Of a stretch of 64,000 nucleotides of DNA, positions 12,229-24,425 are shown in pieces. Numbering within the stretch: position 1 is the stretch's first letter; every line of letters starts with the position of its first letter. A program made the translations under genes and the position numbers. The notes beneath the pieces are model-generated. The model worked only from the letters and a program-made list of their open reading frames with translations, was not told where the DNA came from and searched no databases. The stretch comes from Hydrolagus colliei (taxonomy: Eukaryota). The DNA is taken from positions 14,012,001 to 14,076,000 of the forward strand of contig CM068750.1 in the NCBI GenBank assembly GCA_035084275.1, given 5' to 3'.

Positions 12229-15200
12229 TTAAGTAATTCTGATCTCTGTATGTGTGTGTGTGTTTGTGTTGTTATTTGGAGAGTTATAATATGACCATTC
12301 ATATTTGTAAAGTTTAAGCAACAAGCAATCTTAAGTTCCCTGATTATAGGAAGTACTAGTAACAACTCTTCATGTTGGCTACAAAGAGAGAATCCCGCAG
12401 AGGAGGAACAGAAAAACAGAGAAGGAAGGGTCCCAATCCTGACTGTAAAATACCTTTGCAAAACAAAATTGGCCTTCACAATTCCATTATCTGTAAAGTT
12501 GCTAACTTTGCAGGAGGAAATCAAATCATCCACAATTCTTATAAAGCATCAGATTGTCCACAATTCGTCTAAGATACATTCGGAGTCCGGGAGCGTACTT
12601 CCTCTCCCCTCCCCAATCTTCTGTGTTTGTTCTGTGTGTTTCCTTTGATAACCAAGTCTGCACCTCATTCATATTGATCCTCTTCAATGCACCTTTGAAG
12701 CTAGAGAGCTTTCAAAACTAAGAGGGAAATGTGTTCACTATTGAATGTTTGTGATTGAACATTACTGAAGCTTAAGGGGAGGCTGTTTGAATGAAGATGG
12801 TCCTTCAATCCATTTGATCTAATTCTTTTAGAATTACAATAGCTCATACAATATCGAGCTATTTCTTAAATTGAGGCCAGCATCCTCAAACATCCTGCCT
12901 GGTAACCTTTTCTAATTCTGGGTACCAAGAATGGGACAACTAGTGATGAAAACGAACAATTGCTTGTGTAAAAACGTGTTGGTTTCAGTGAACAAAATGT
13001 TTTATTTTTCCACATTTACTTCAGATCAAAGATAATTGGAAAAAGAACCAGAGGGGAGATGAAGAGGATTTGTTTTAATGCAGCTTGTTGATACAATCAG
13101 GAATGCACTGTCTGAAAGAGTGGTGCAAGCAGATTCAATACTAACTTTTAAAAGGGAATTGGATAATTAATTGAAAAGAAAAAAATTGCTATGAAGAACA
13201 AGTGGAGTGGGGGGAGTGGGACTAATTGGATAGCTCTTTCAAAGTGCGGGCACGGACATGATGGACATGGACATGAATGGCATCTTTCTGTGCTCTCTGA
13301 ATCTATGTTTAATATTTGAACACAACTTTAATCCAGATTTGGGAAGAAGCAGTGCAAGTACAGAGCTCAAATAACATGAGTTATATTTGCTATCACTGTA
13401 GGTCATGATTGAAGCCTTGAAACATGGAGTCAACCCTATCGGCAATTCTTCCATGTCTGCTCACAGTAACTGGGATTTTGGCAGCTCTTTCTTTTTTGTG
13501 GCCACCGTTGTGACGACAATAGGTGAGATTTATCACAATATAAATATTCAGACAACGAAAAGTAGTGTAAAGTATGTGCTTGTCAAGGCCAACCCTTAAC
13601 CTAATCAAACAAGTATCAGAGAAGGGAGTTTCTTCCCATGCACTGGTCACCAATCCTCCAGCTGAAATTGCTTATTGGCTTATTGTTTTGTAAAACAATG
13701 CTAAGCACAAGTTAACTACCGCAAAATTCAACAATCAGACCACCTTCATCATACCCTGTAAAGTGCTTTGGGATGTCTTGATTACGTGATGAAGCACTGT
13801 ATCAAATGAAAGGATTTCTTATTATTTTGGAATGTGCTAGGCTGTAAAGCCAAACTGAAAGTCTATCATCATGGGACTTTTATTTTACAAACCTAGCACA
13901 CAAGATAAAATCAAGAATTGAATAACGAGCTGCATTCTGGTCAGTGTAAAAGTGTTTCATTGTTCAATTCCAGTTGGTATGTACACAAATGTTGAATGAG
14001 TAATAGCAATTTTATTTGCATGATTTTCCTTCTCAATCATCAATAAAGATCTGTAGTGTACAACATGATTGAGGCCACCCTGAAGAGATACGAAAGAGCA
14101 GCAATTTGGTATCAGCCTAGGTTTATTGGCAGCGTTTGTACCTCTGTGTTAGAAAGCTCTGGGTTCAAGTCTCAGGATAATAATAATAATCCTTGTATTT
14201 GATAAAGCGCATTATTCAGTCCAGAGTTGGAGGACCGCTGTACTATTGTAGGTGTTATGATTTCAATTAGGTATTAAAACGAGGTCCAGTTCACTCAGGT
14301 GGATGTTAAAAATCCCAGGACACAATTCGAAAAGAGAAGAGAGTTTCTCCGGGGTCCCAGGCAACAATATTCCAAATAAATTGATCCTTCACGTCCATAA
14401 TACTTTGTGGCTGTGTGCAGATCAGCAGCCGTTTTTGCCTAGAGTCACTTACTTAACAGGAATTAATGTAAAACATTTTGATATGTACAGGCACTGTGTT
14501 AAATGCTATTACTATTTGCTTCTCCTTTTTCTTCCAAAGGCTATGGAAACCTTTCCCCAAGCACAGCTGAAGGCCAGATCTTTTGTGTGTTCTATGCACT
14601 GTTTGGAATCCCGCTCAACTTGATCGCTCTGGGGCTAGTTGGGAAACACTTATCCTCCTACACGGATAAAATGCGCACATGCCTAACCAACAGATGTTTG
14701 ATGGAGGTACGCTTACATTTTTACAAATATTGCATCAAAAAGCCAATTCACATTTTGGGTTAGCAAAATGTATACAAATCTTGACCATTGTCATTTTATA
14801 TCGGAACCATTGCTATGTTCCATCATTGATTCAATGCAATGTCTGAATGCCATGGCCAACAATCCCCCAGATAAAATTGGTCATTGATTTCATAGCTGTT
14901 TGACTTTCATTGCTCTGTGCAAACCGTGGAGTCCTGCAGCATAGTGGTTAGTGAGCTCACCTAGTGGCCACCGTTGTGATGGCACTAGGGGACATTTATC
15001 ACCTTGTAAATATTCAGACACAATTCTCGATTCTAGATAAGGCAAATGTAAGGATTATCATTATGATTGTCAGACGCATTGACCTGCAAAATACGCAACC
15101 AAATACAGTATTTTTGCAGCAATTACTTGAAAAAAATCTTTTCAGGAGCTAGATCAAACGCAATGGGTTTTACTATTCAATTATATTTCTCGGTTTCAGA

Positions 15201-17895
15201 AAAGAGTGAACGTTTTAGCGTTCTCACTCTCACTGTTGGCTGGTGTGCTGGTCTTCCTGCTGATACCACCACTGGTCTTCAGTACAATGGAGGACTGGTC
15301 CTACAGAGAGGGCATTTACTACTCCTTCATCACTCTCAGCACCATTGGGTTTGGAGATTATGTAGTAGGTGAGTCGTACATTTTTTCTCAAAAAACAGCT
15401 TGCATTTACATAGCACCCCTCACGCAGGGTAGTGTCCCAGAGCGCTTGACAGTGGTGGACGACACAGAACAGGTGGGAAGGAATAGGTCAAAGAGGAAGG
15501 TCTACAAGCACAACTTGAAGATGGAGAAGGAAGGGGCAAGGAGGAGGGATGGAGGAAGAGTGTTCCAGAGTTTATGGTCATAGTGGCTGAAAGCGCAGCC
15601 ACTGATGGTGAAACGGAGGGCATGAGGGACAAGCAGAAGGTGTGAATTCACAATTCAAAAGACGTGAAAAGGGAGAATACTTTGTAACAGCATTGCATCC
15701 TCACATCAAGTCCTGGTGATAGGGTTTTGGTGGAAATTTAATGCAGGGCAAACCTTTTACTGTATTAAGAATCTCATTTGAGTGTGAGTTCACTTTTAAT
15801 ATGGTTAAATTCAATACAATAATGATTCAGAGGAACTCTGGGATAGAATTCCAAAGACTGGGGCAGAATAAATGCACAGATATCCCTTTTGTGGGATAGG
15901 CTGTTTATAGCTCCTGACCTCCTGAATAGCTTTCAGACCCAACCCAGTATTAGCAGGAACAACCCTCAGCGAGTTCCAGATCAATAATAGACAGAGGCGA
16001 AAGAATAATCAGGTGAAGTTACTTTACTCCAATTATTGCCACACTGAATGAAGGACAGAACTGCCAGTTATTTACTTTGTCCAGCAAGCGGCAATTACTG
16101 AGAGAAATAGCTCCACCTTGATAAATGCAATGCCAATTAAATCACTGATTTAAAAGCAGAATGAATGAATCAATCAAACAAAACTTACATTTAAATAGTG
16201 CCATTCACGTTGAGAGGACATCCCAAGCTGCACAGTTAATTAGGGACAAGAGCAGGGGAAGAGGGGTCTGGGCAGGACGAAGAAGAGTAGGAAAATTGAC
16301 TGTATATTTGTGGGCGAAACGCGGCAGCCAAATTGCGCACAGCAGTGTCCCACAAACAGTAATGGAAGTGGGATTAAGGGAAATGAAGATCAATAGTGTG
16401 AGTAGCTGTGAGGTATTTTCAGTTAAATGACATTGATTTCCCAGGAGATAAGACCCCACACATTGAACATTACTCATTGGTTTGTTGAATTAAACTGTTG
16501 ACATATGGACTGTACAGCAAACAGAGTATGTGGTAGTCAACCAAACTGAGGTGTACCCCACCTGCCTCACTTTGAGTTAAACATTCTTACGCCCTTGAAA
16601 AGCCAGCATTTCCTGTACATTGAGCTACAGATGGCCATCTTTGATAACCTCAAAGGGTAGGTTTGTAATACAAAGTCTCACTGAGCATTGCATTTGAAGA
16701 TTCCAACACCAAACATCATTTTAAAGTTTTTCCATGTGACACAACCATCACCCCAACCTTGCTGGGTTTCACTGCGTATCCCCACCCGCCCCAAATGATA
16801 GAATTCAAGATCCTTATTCTCACCTTCATATCCTTCCAAGGTCTTTCCCCACCCGACCATGCACCTCTGCAGCCTCCTTCGATCCTACTGACCTGGCCAC
16901 TCCCTTTGCTTATTGAGCAGCAGCCTGCTTTATCTGCCCCATCCTACCATTAACAGGTGAGCGTTCAGTTTTTCTGCCACCGCTCTCTGGAACTCAACTC
17001 CTCTGACTCATTACCTCTATCCCCTTGTTAAAGGCCAGTCCGAAGATTTACATCTTTGACCAAACCCTTGTCATCATCACTCCACCACCACCCACCTTGG
17101 CCCCCACCACTCCCAACTCAAACCTCCAGTTCCCTGGGAAATCCTTCCAATGTGCAAAGTGCTATATAAATACAATTTTTTGTTGTTGTTGTAAGATTTT
17201 GCAAGATTGTAAAGAATTCTCAAATTGAATCTTTATCTGGAAGTCAAGCTTCTTAAAATCTGCCAATCGACTAACAACCTGGTTCCTACTTACTGCTAGG
17301 TAAACAGAGGCATGTAAGGAAACTTGACTATGGTTTAGCTCGAGGTCCTCTCACTTTTAGAAACAAGTCAATAAAGAACAGAGTAGGCGGGAGAGAGTAG
17401 GAGAAAGCTTGTGAAATTAACTGTTACTAACTGCAATGAAAGTTTATTTTGGCTGCCTGAATAACTAACAGTATTTATCTGTATCGTAAAGGCGTCAATC
17501 CCAAGAAGATATACGGCAGCATTTACCGGGGGCTGGTGGCAATCTGGATTCTCTTCGGGATGGCCTGGCTGGCTCTCCTTTTCAACCTGTTGACCGACTT
17601 TATGGAAAACTCGAAAAAGAAAATTGTGGAAATGAAGAAGAAGAAGAAAAAAGCGTCAGCGAAGGAGGGTGGGACAAGCGAGGCAGGTGACGAGAGCCCA
17701 GACTCCATCACGTTACACTTGGAGACGTCACTGAACTCGAAAACGGAGCTCGAGAAAGAGGCCGTCAAAGTTTCGAAACCGGGTGAGGAACCACCAGAGG
17801 AGCTGAAGGTACTGGAGGCACATTCTAAACCGGAGGAGAAGGAAACAAAGTCTGGCTCCGAATCCGAAGTGGAGACTGTGGAGCCAGGCTACTAG
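12028..17895 (+). CDS. KCNK16: Two-pore-domain K+ channel, TALK subfamily (KCNK16/TALK-1-like); spliced CDS join(12028..12228,13402..13522,14540..14706,15200..15368,17492..17895), 1062 nt, about 353 aa
   Basis: Assembled exons give M1 ([22 protein letters not shown]), cap ENYTC, P1 [25 protein letters not shown]2 [17 protein letters not shown]3, P2 [18 protein letters not shown] and M4 [18 protein letters not shown]. These match human KCNK16 motifs as I recall them ([35 protein letters not shown]). Exon phases are 0/1/0/1 and consistent. Kozak context is GTCACCATG. Confidence 0.9.
13025..13310 (+). mobile_element. Older CR1 3' end in KCNK intron 1
   Basis: GAATGCACTGTCTGAAAGAGTGGTG..AAAAGGGAATTGGAT..GCTCTTTCAAAG..GAATGGC..GAATCTATG, homologous to the CR1 3' end at 39700-39960. 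Confidence 0.75.
13402..13522 (+). CDS. KCNK16: KCNK16-like coding exon 2 (pore helix 1)
   Basis: Acceptor ctgtag|GTC; [40 protein letters not shown](G); donor AG|gtgaga, phase 1. Confidence 0.93.
14110..14512 (+). mobile_element. DeuSINE copy in KCNK intron 2, ending just before the exon-3 acceptor
   Basis: Head GGGTTCAAGTC, core TTAAAACGAGGTCC..CAGGTGGATGTTAAAAATCCC, and tail. It contains an antisense SINE-tail fragment at ~14178-14212. Confidence 0.7.
14540..14706 (+). CDS. KCNK16: KCNK16-like coding exon 3 (GYG filter, M2)
   Basis: Polypyrimidine tract and aag|GC; (G)[37 protein letters not shown]...LME; donor GAG|gtacgc, phase 0. Confidence 0.93.
14964..15020 (+). repeat. 57-bp degenerate copy of the KCNK exon-2 3' end and intron-2 start (13498-13554)
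   Basis: Ungapped alignment with 49/57 identities; the donor GT has become GG. Confidence 0.9.
15200..15368 (+). CDS. KCNK16: KCNK16-like coding exon 4 (M3, pore 2 GFG filter)
   Basis: Acceptor tttcag|AAA; [56 protein letters not shown](G); donor G|gtgagt, phase 1. Confidence 0.93.
15392..15640 (-). mobile_element. L2 3' fragment (antisense) in KCNK intron 4
   Basis: Reverse complement of the L2 tail (CTTGCATTTACATAGCACCCCTCAC..GTCAAAGAGGAAGGTCT..GAGTGTTCCAGAG). Similar copies lie at ~29157-29400 and ~41768-41990. Confidence 0.6.
16665..17192 (+). mobile_element. Old L2 LINE 3' fragment in KCNK intron 4
   Basis: Similar to 23865-24425 and 35785-36038 (GAATTCAAGATCCTT, CTCTGGAACTC, CATCTTTGACC), ending GCTATATAAATACAA(TTG)n. 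Confidence 0.6.
17492..17895 (+). CDS. KCNK16: KCNK16-like coding exon 5 (M4 and C-terminal tail, stop TAG)
   Basis: Branch-point-like TAACTAAC at 17462-17469, acceptor aaag|GC; (G)[33 protein letters not shown]...EPGY*. Confidence 0.9.
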
Positions 17896-18397
17896 GGGCA
17901 TAAGGCCAGTCCAAAGATTTATACAGAGTATACAGTAGTTCCTGTGAAGTGCTTTGAGTCGTCTCAATGACCTGATAGGGAACTGTATCAAATGCAATCA
18001 TTGTAATTTTCATAGATAATAATGCCAAAGCAATGCAACCCTTCCAAAGGAACCGGGAAGAGGTCTGCCTTCCTTGAGAAGACATCACCAATACTTCAGT
18101 GCTTCTCATGCCTACAGGGTACATTTCGAGGGCACACCAAATGCCACAGAGAGCGGGGCTGCCATTAGTGATGCGCAAAACTAACCTACTGACCGACACT
18201 GCTTTATTTGTACTTAGCTTTCCATCACATATTGACGGCAAGACCAGAGGTGGGACAAATGGATTTTCATTCACATTTTAAATTGTAAAACCCTTTTTGT
18301 TTGAATCATTTATTGTATTTTGCAAAAATATACTCGAGGTTTCCCTGTGTCTGAATTGACAATGCTACGTAACATTTGTGGTTTAACAATGGTTGAT

Positions 18398-18403
18398 AAT
18401 AAA
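18398..18403 (+). promoter_or_regulatory. Candidate polyadenylation signal of the KCNK16-like gene
   Basis: AATAAA about 500 nt after the stop, preceded by U-rich sequence and followed by TGTTTG. Confidence 0.55.
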
Positions 18404-21400
18404 ACAAATGTTTGAACCTCTCCGAGACCCCATCCTATGTGAAAAGCGCAATATACATGCAAGTGGTTGAATTAAGACCACCTCACTCAAGAGTTAACCT
18501 TCACATCCAGCTCTTGCTCACTCTCCTTAAAGGACATTGTGTTACAGGAGTTCTCCCAGTCCTGTTCAAACCACGTTTAGCTTTACGGTGGTCGTGTGAA
18601 TGCACTGGGTTAATGAACAATATATGGTGTCGGTGTAATGTTATACACCTTTGCTACCACAGGAGGACGCCACATTCACGGGGTCCAATCACTCACTCCT
18701 TGGCCATTTGTGTTCTCACTCAAAAGATGGCACCTCCATCAATGCGGAGCTCTGCCTGGACAATGCGAGTTTCAAATTCCTCAGCACCAGTGCATAAAAC
18801 ACTTTGATAGAAGGCACTACATCCTGTGCAAGTGCAGCCGTATTTGGTCAAGTTGTGCACACACCACAGTGTAGAGCAGAAAACACAACATTGGGAAATA
18901 AATATAATGATGTCCGTACTAAATAACTAGTAACCCATGAAGACATCCAGAGGCTCTTGGGAGATGTAGAATAAATCTGAAGGGTGATATAATCTTGCAA
19001 TATACCCCGATGAATAATAATAATAATAATTGCATTTGAAATGCATGAAATACTTTGTGCACCTAGCTGCCTTTTCAATTGGGATGAAATATCTACCAGT
19101 ACTATCACTCCGTCTTCTTGCTTTACTGATCACGTGTGGTTGGAGACCCCTGGTCTAGACTGTATTTGCAGAAATAACATAACCAGCCACTTTGAGCAGA
19201 GCAGTTATATAAGGGATAGTCATTTGTGCTTTACTAAAAGTTCTACAGCAGCCCCAGCTGTTGAGTATGGTAGGGTGGGATGACTTATGTAATTCACTGG
19301 GAAGAACCATTGGTTGGGAGCAGATAAATTGACTTTGTGTAGTATAATGGTGATGTTCGGGGAGGGTGGGAGGGTGTTGTATATTGCTCAACATCCCAGA
19401 GGAGAAAGCAGTGGCTGGCAACATCTGTTTTTGCTGGATTAGAGTTGACGTCTTCATTCACGTGAAGTGATTTGAGAGAGCGAGAGAGAGTTACAGGAAG
19501 CAACTCAATGCCTTTGTAGACATTGTATGTGACGCTTGCACAAAAAGTGGCAGATAAAACAATCACATTAAGACCACACGCCTCTGTTCATCTAGCAGTA
19601 ATAATAATAATCCTTGCATTTGATATAGTGCTTTTCACATCTTCTAGATGTCTCAAAGCACTTCACAGAATATCTTGTAAAGTGAATTGACTGTATATTT
19701 GTGGGCGAAACGCAGCAGCCAGGAACCCAGTTATTAGTTGATCGGCGGATAATTTTCCAGGAGAAAAAATGGTCACAAATGGTCACTCAATCCTCGAGTG
19801 TTTGTGGTACCTTGCTGCACATTTGGCTGCCGCAAAATACACAGTCAATCTACTTCACAGAATATTTTTTGAAGCGCTTTGAGATATCACAATGACATGA
19901 TAAGGCACTATGTCAAATGCAAAGTTTTTTAACATTATTATAAACACAAATGTTATAAACAATGCGTGTTTGTGCATTTGTACAAGCGTTGTTTTTTTAT
20001 TGCTTTTGGGGAAAAAGGAAACTCTAACCTTAGTTTGATTTTCAAAAATCAATCTGTCTCTTGCAGAGACTAAATCCCCACCCCCCCATTCAAAGCACTG
20101 GTGCCAGGCATTAAACCAGTCAGCAATACTATCCTCTTTACAGAATAATCCATGTCTTGCAGATGGAATGCCTGATTGTTTCACTTAAGACTGACAGGAT
20201 GATTTATAAATAACACAGGAGGAATTCTGTGCTGTGTGGTCTGCACTATCTTTGGATTAATGTTACAATTCCGAGGAATGCTCAAACTGCGGCTCCCTTC
20301 ACACTCCCAAACACGCTGGTCGGCAGAAGCAAATCCCTTTGATGCTGTCACAGGCTGGATTGTCAATAATCCCACCAGTTATTGGCAAAAATACAGCATC
20401 CTAACGGCAGACCAAGGGGGTTTAGCATAAACAACGAGAAAATAGTTAATCCATTGCTTGAAGTGGTGCATTATTAATAATAGTTATCAATAGCACTGCT
20501 AATAAATTGTGTGTGTGAGACAGTACGTGCGTGTATTACACACTTGAGTGTAAGAGAGCATGTCTGTGCATGTAAGAGTGTTTTTGTATGTGTGTGTACG
20601 TGTAAAATAAAATACACGTTTGCATGCACACGCAAGAGGAAGAGAAGTGTGTGTGCGTTTTCGTGTACAAGAGAGAGTATGTGTTACAGTATTATTATCT
20701 GTCTAGCCTTGCTCCAATACTGAGCAGCTTGTGAGATATCTGCTGAATCAATCATAGCGCGCTGGAACAGTCCTTCAATAACGGACACCAGATTGACTCT
20801 ATCCACTGAGCGGATGAAAGTGCTACCGCTGCTCTGAGGAGCCCCATTTCACTGAAGAGTTACAACATCTGGTCTTATTTTTTAAAATAAGAAAACTGAA
20901 ACATGTCTCTCCAGAGTGTCCGGCCTCATTGAATAATAAAACAAGACCCTTTGTAGTGACTGGGCTGAAATTACAGCGGCTGTTGCTGCCTTTTTGATTT
21001 TTTTTTGAAAATCAGACAAAAACAAAAAAAGACTTTGAAGAGAATCAAGAATCCGTATTGCCAAAGGGAGTTTATGTGATAAAGGGCAGCATTTTAACAG
21101 TGAACAGGACGGACAAGACCACGCCATGATCCACGTTCCCGACCAAGGTGAGAACTTCTCTCAGTGTGCTAGCCAACAATTCTTGCAATAAACTGCTCAC
21201 TCACTCAGTCACTCACTCGGTGGCTGTCGATAGGACTCTGCGGCATGTAAAACTGTCTGCTGCTTTTGCCTAAAAATACACAGTTTCTTCACAGTTGACA
21301 GCAATTTCCTGTGAAGTACAGATGCTACACAAATCGAGGATCCCTATTGCTGTACTGAAACCTACATTGCAAAATGTAAAAGTTTAAAAGTGTGCATCAT

Positions 21401-22987
21401 CTCGCTTTTCCCACTGTACAAATGAAGTGCTCATTTTTCCAGGAATAATGCCCGGTTTCACCAGCAATTCAGACCTGCGCTGGAGTCTCAAAGTTTTGTA
21501 CCGCATGATTGCACATGATTACACTAACATGACAAGCTATGAGCTTTTAGTTGATTAAACTCCAGCAATCCACACTTGTGAGGTCCCCAAGCACTGGAGT
21601 CGAATACTCTCTGTAAATGATATTAATCCTTGCATTTGATTTTGCACCTCATCACGACAACAAGTAGTATAAAAGCACTTCAAAGGACACACTGTAAAGT
21701 GGAGTGGCCGTGTATTTTGTGGGTGAAATGCAGGTACCGAGTTGCGCCAAGCAATGTTCCACAACCAGCCATGGAGTGAGCGACCAATTTGACTTGAGGG
21801 ATTCATTGGCCAGGCATTCCGAGAACCTTCCTTCTCTTTTCAAATGGTGCTATGAGATCTTTAACAAGAACAGGCAGGTGGGACCTCAGTTTAACGTCTC
21901 ATTCAAAGGCCAGAACATTTGACAATACAATCCCATTCCCTCCCACCATTTGGTAAGGAGGGCAGATCTTTTAGCGAGAGAGAGAATGATGGTTAGCAGA
22001 GGATTCAGAGAGGAGCCAGGTGGATGAGTCTGGGCCACTGGGCTCCTGTTAACGAGGGGGAGACACACAATATTCAGCTCATTTTCATCAGAAGAAAGGA
22101 AACAGAGATGACATAATCCAGTTCTTTAACATGCAGAGAGGAAAACAGTTGAGATGTGGCTGCTTGCTTAACCTGAGCTATCTCCTGTGGCACAACTGCT
22201 GAATCAATAAGCCTCAATTCAGACAAGAAACCTCAAGGATATGAGCATACATTCTCTGTGTGTCACACACATGCACCTACATACACACGGAATGCAAAAG
22301 CCCGCACACAGAACACACCTGCACAACATACACACAGCACAACACACCCACACACATCATAGAGTTTGGATAAATACTTGGTTTACAAATGGGGTTTGAA
22401 GAAAAAGGAATATGTGTGGACAGATGTTCAAACACTCCATGATTCCTGAGCTGCTGGGACTGTGTAAATGTCATCAGCGGGAAGTCATCAGGCTGAACAG
22501 TGGAGGTGTAAGCAGATAGATGGCTTTTTACTCTGCTATCATTCGAAGAAATCAGGAAGAAATTTTCCAGAACTTTTTCCAGATGAGTAATGGAGGAGGG
22601 GTGGTGGGTGAGGAAATGTTTGGGGACATTATTGAAGAACTTTTAATACATTTTGAAGGGCGCAGCACAACTTCAATAATGATAAGAATAAGAACAAACA
22701 ATTAGAATAGTAATAATAACAATTAGAATAATATTTGCACTTGATGTGCACCTTATGGTGTTGAAACACATCAAAAGCTCTCCATGCAATGCAATACTTT
22801 GTCTGTATAACAAGGGTCAGTGCACTTCAAAAGCTGCAGCTAATATGTGCACCGCAAATAGCAACGAGATGAATGACCTAACAATTGAAGTCAATCCAAA
22901 GGTATTGCTATTCCAGTGCATCCTTTGTGGTGTTCAAATAAAGTTGGTGGTAATAATCAACAAATATCAGCAATCATATAAAACAAA

Positions 22988-23794
22988 GAGGTGATGCATT
23001 TTGGGAGAAGAAATGAAGGGAGGCAATATAGGCTAGATAGTAAAAATTTAAATGGTGTGAAGGAACAGAGAGACCTGGGGATTTGTGTTAGTGACTCGTT
23101 GAAGGTGGCAGGACAGGTAGACAAGGCTGTTAAGAAGGCATATGGGATACTAGGCTTTATAAATAGGGGTATAGAGTACAAAAGTCAGGAAGTGCTGACT
23201 AACCTCTATAAGACTTTGGTGAGGCCTCAGCTGGAATACTGTGTTCAATTCTGGTCACCACATTACAGAAAGGATGTGAAGACATTGGAAAGGGTACAAA
23301 GAAGATTTACTAGGATGGTGCCAGGATTGAGGGACTTCAGCTATGAGGAGAGGTTAGATAGGCTAGGGTTATGCTCTCTGGAGCAGAGAAGATTGAGGGG
23401 AGACCTAATAGAGGTTTATAAAATCATGAGGGGTTTCGACAGGGCAAATAGAGAAAAACTATTTCCACTCGTGGGCGAATCTGTGACTCGTGGTCACAGA
23501 TTTAAAATAGTTTCAAGGCGAAGTAGAGGGGAGCTGAGGAGAAATTTTTTCACTCAGCGAGTTGTTCGAATCTGGAATGCATTGCCTGAAAAGGTGGTGG
23601 AGGCTGATTCGATAACAACTTTTAAAAGGGAATTAGATCTTTATTTAGGGATTTAGGGAGAACAGGTCTATTAGGCTATGGGGAGCGGGCAGGGCAGTGG
23701 GATTAAATCGCTCTTTTCAAAGAGCCGGCACAGACTAGATGGGCCGAATGGCCTCCTTTTGTGCCGTAAAATTCTATGAATCTATGAATCTATG
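22988..23794 (+). mobile_element. 5'-truncated CR1 LINE 3' fragment, same young family as 36391-39990
   Basis: Aligns to 39178-~39968 with about 16 substitutions by eye plus an 8-bp ATTTAGGG duplication. Tail ATTCTATG-AATCTATG-AATCTATG. Confidence 0.95.
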
Positions 23795-23864
23795 AAAAAA
23801 AAGTCGACTGCAAAGCGAAAACCCATTCAATAATAATAATAATTATTATGAACCTCACCAAGCC

Positions 23865-24425
23865 AGACAGGAACCCAGGTGTCTTGTTCGATCCTCAACT
23901 GTCTTTCTTCCCCCACATCCAAGCTCTGCTTTGCCTTCACTCACCTCCGTAATGTTGCCCAACTCCGTCACCACCTCACACCTCAGGCCGCTGATAACCC
24001 TCATTCATGCCTTCATCACATCCCGGCTTGACTACACCAACGCTTGTCGGCCTTCGCAACAACTCCCTCCATAGGCTGCAGATCATCCAGAACTCTGCGG
24101 CCCATGTCCGCAACCTCCTAACCCCCACCAACCTGCCTGCCCCCTCTGCTCACCAGCCTCCAGGCTGCTCCATGGTCCCACCCCACCCGCCCCATGAGGG
24201 GTGGGCGAGCTTTCAGCCACTCTGTGCTAACCTCTGAAACTCCATCCCGCAGTCACTCTAGCTCGTCCCCTCCCTGGCCTCCTTCAAGTGCTACTTCAAG
24301 ACCCTCCTCTTCGATGGTCCCATCGCTCACCCTAAATTCCTCCGTTTCCCTCCATCCTCCCTTACCCTGACCCCAGCTCGGGTCTGAAACAATGACTGTC
24401 CAGTACCTTGGGACATCTTCCTCAT
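23865..24425 (+). mobile_element. Degraded L2-clade LINE 3' fragment
   Basis: Frameshifted translation gives RNPGVLFDPQLSF..HLRNVAQLRHHL..IHAFITSRLDY..LHRLQIIQNSAA, typical of the L2 ORF2 C-terminus, followed by a pyrimidine-rich 3'UTR. Confidence 0.8.

Noticed and set aside
22991-23656. 221-aa ORF as a possible domesticated gene
   Set aside because: It is about 98% identical to the CR1 ORF2 C-terminus at 39181-39888, so it is a young truncated insertion.
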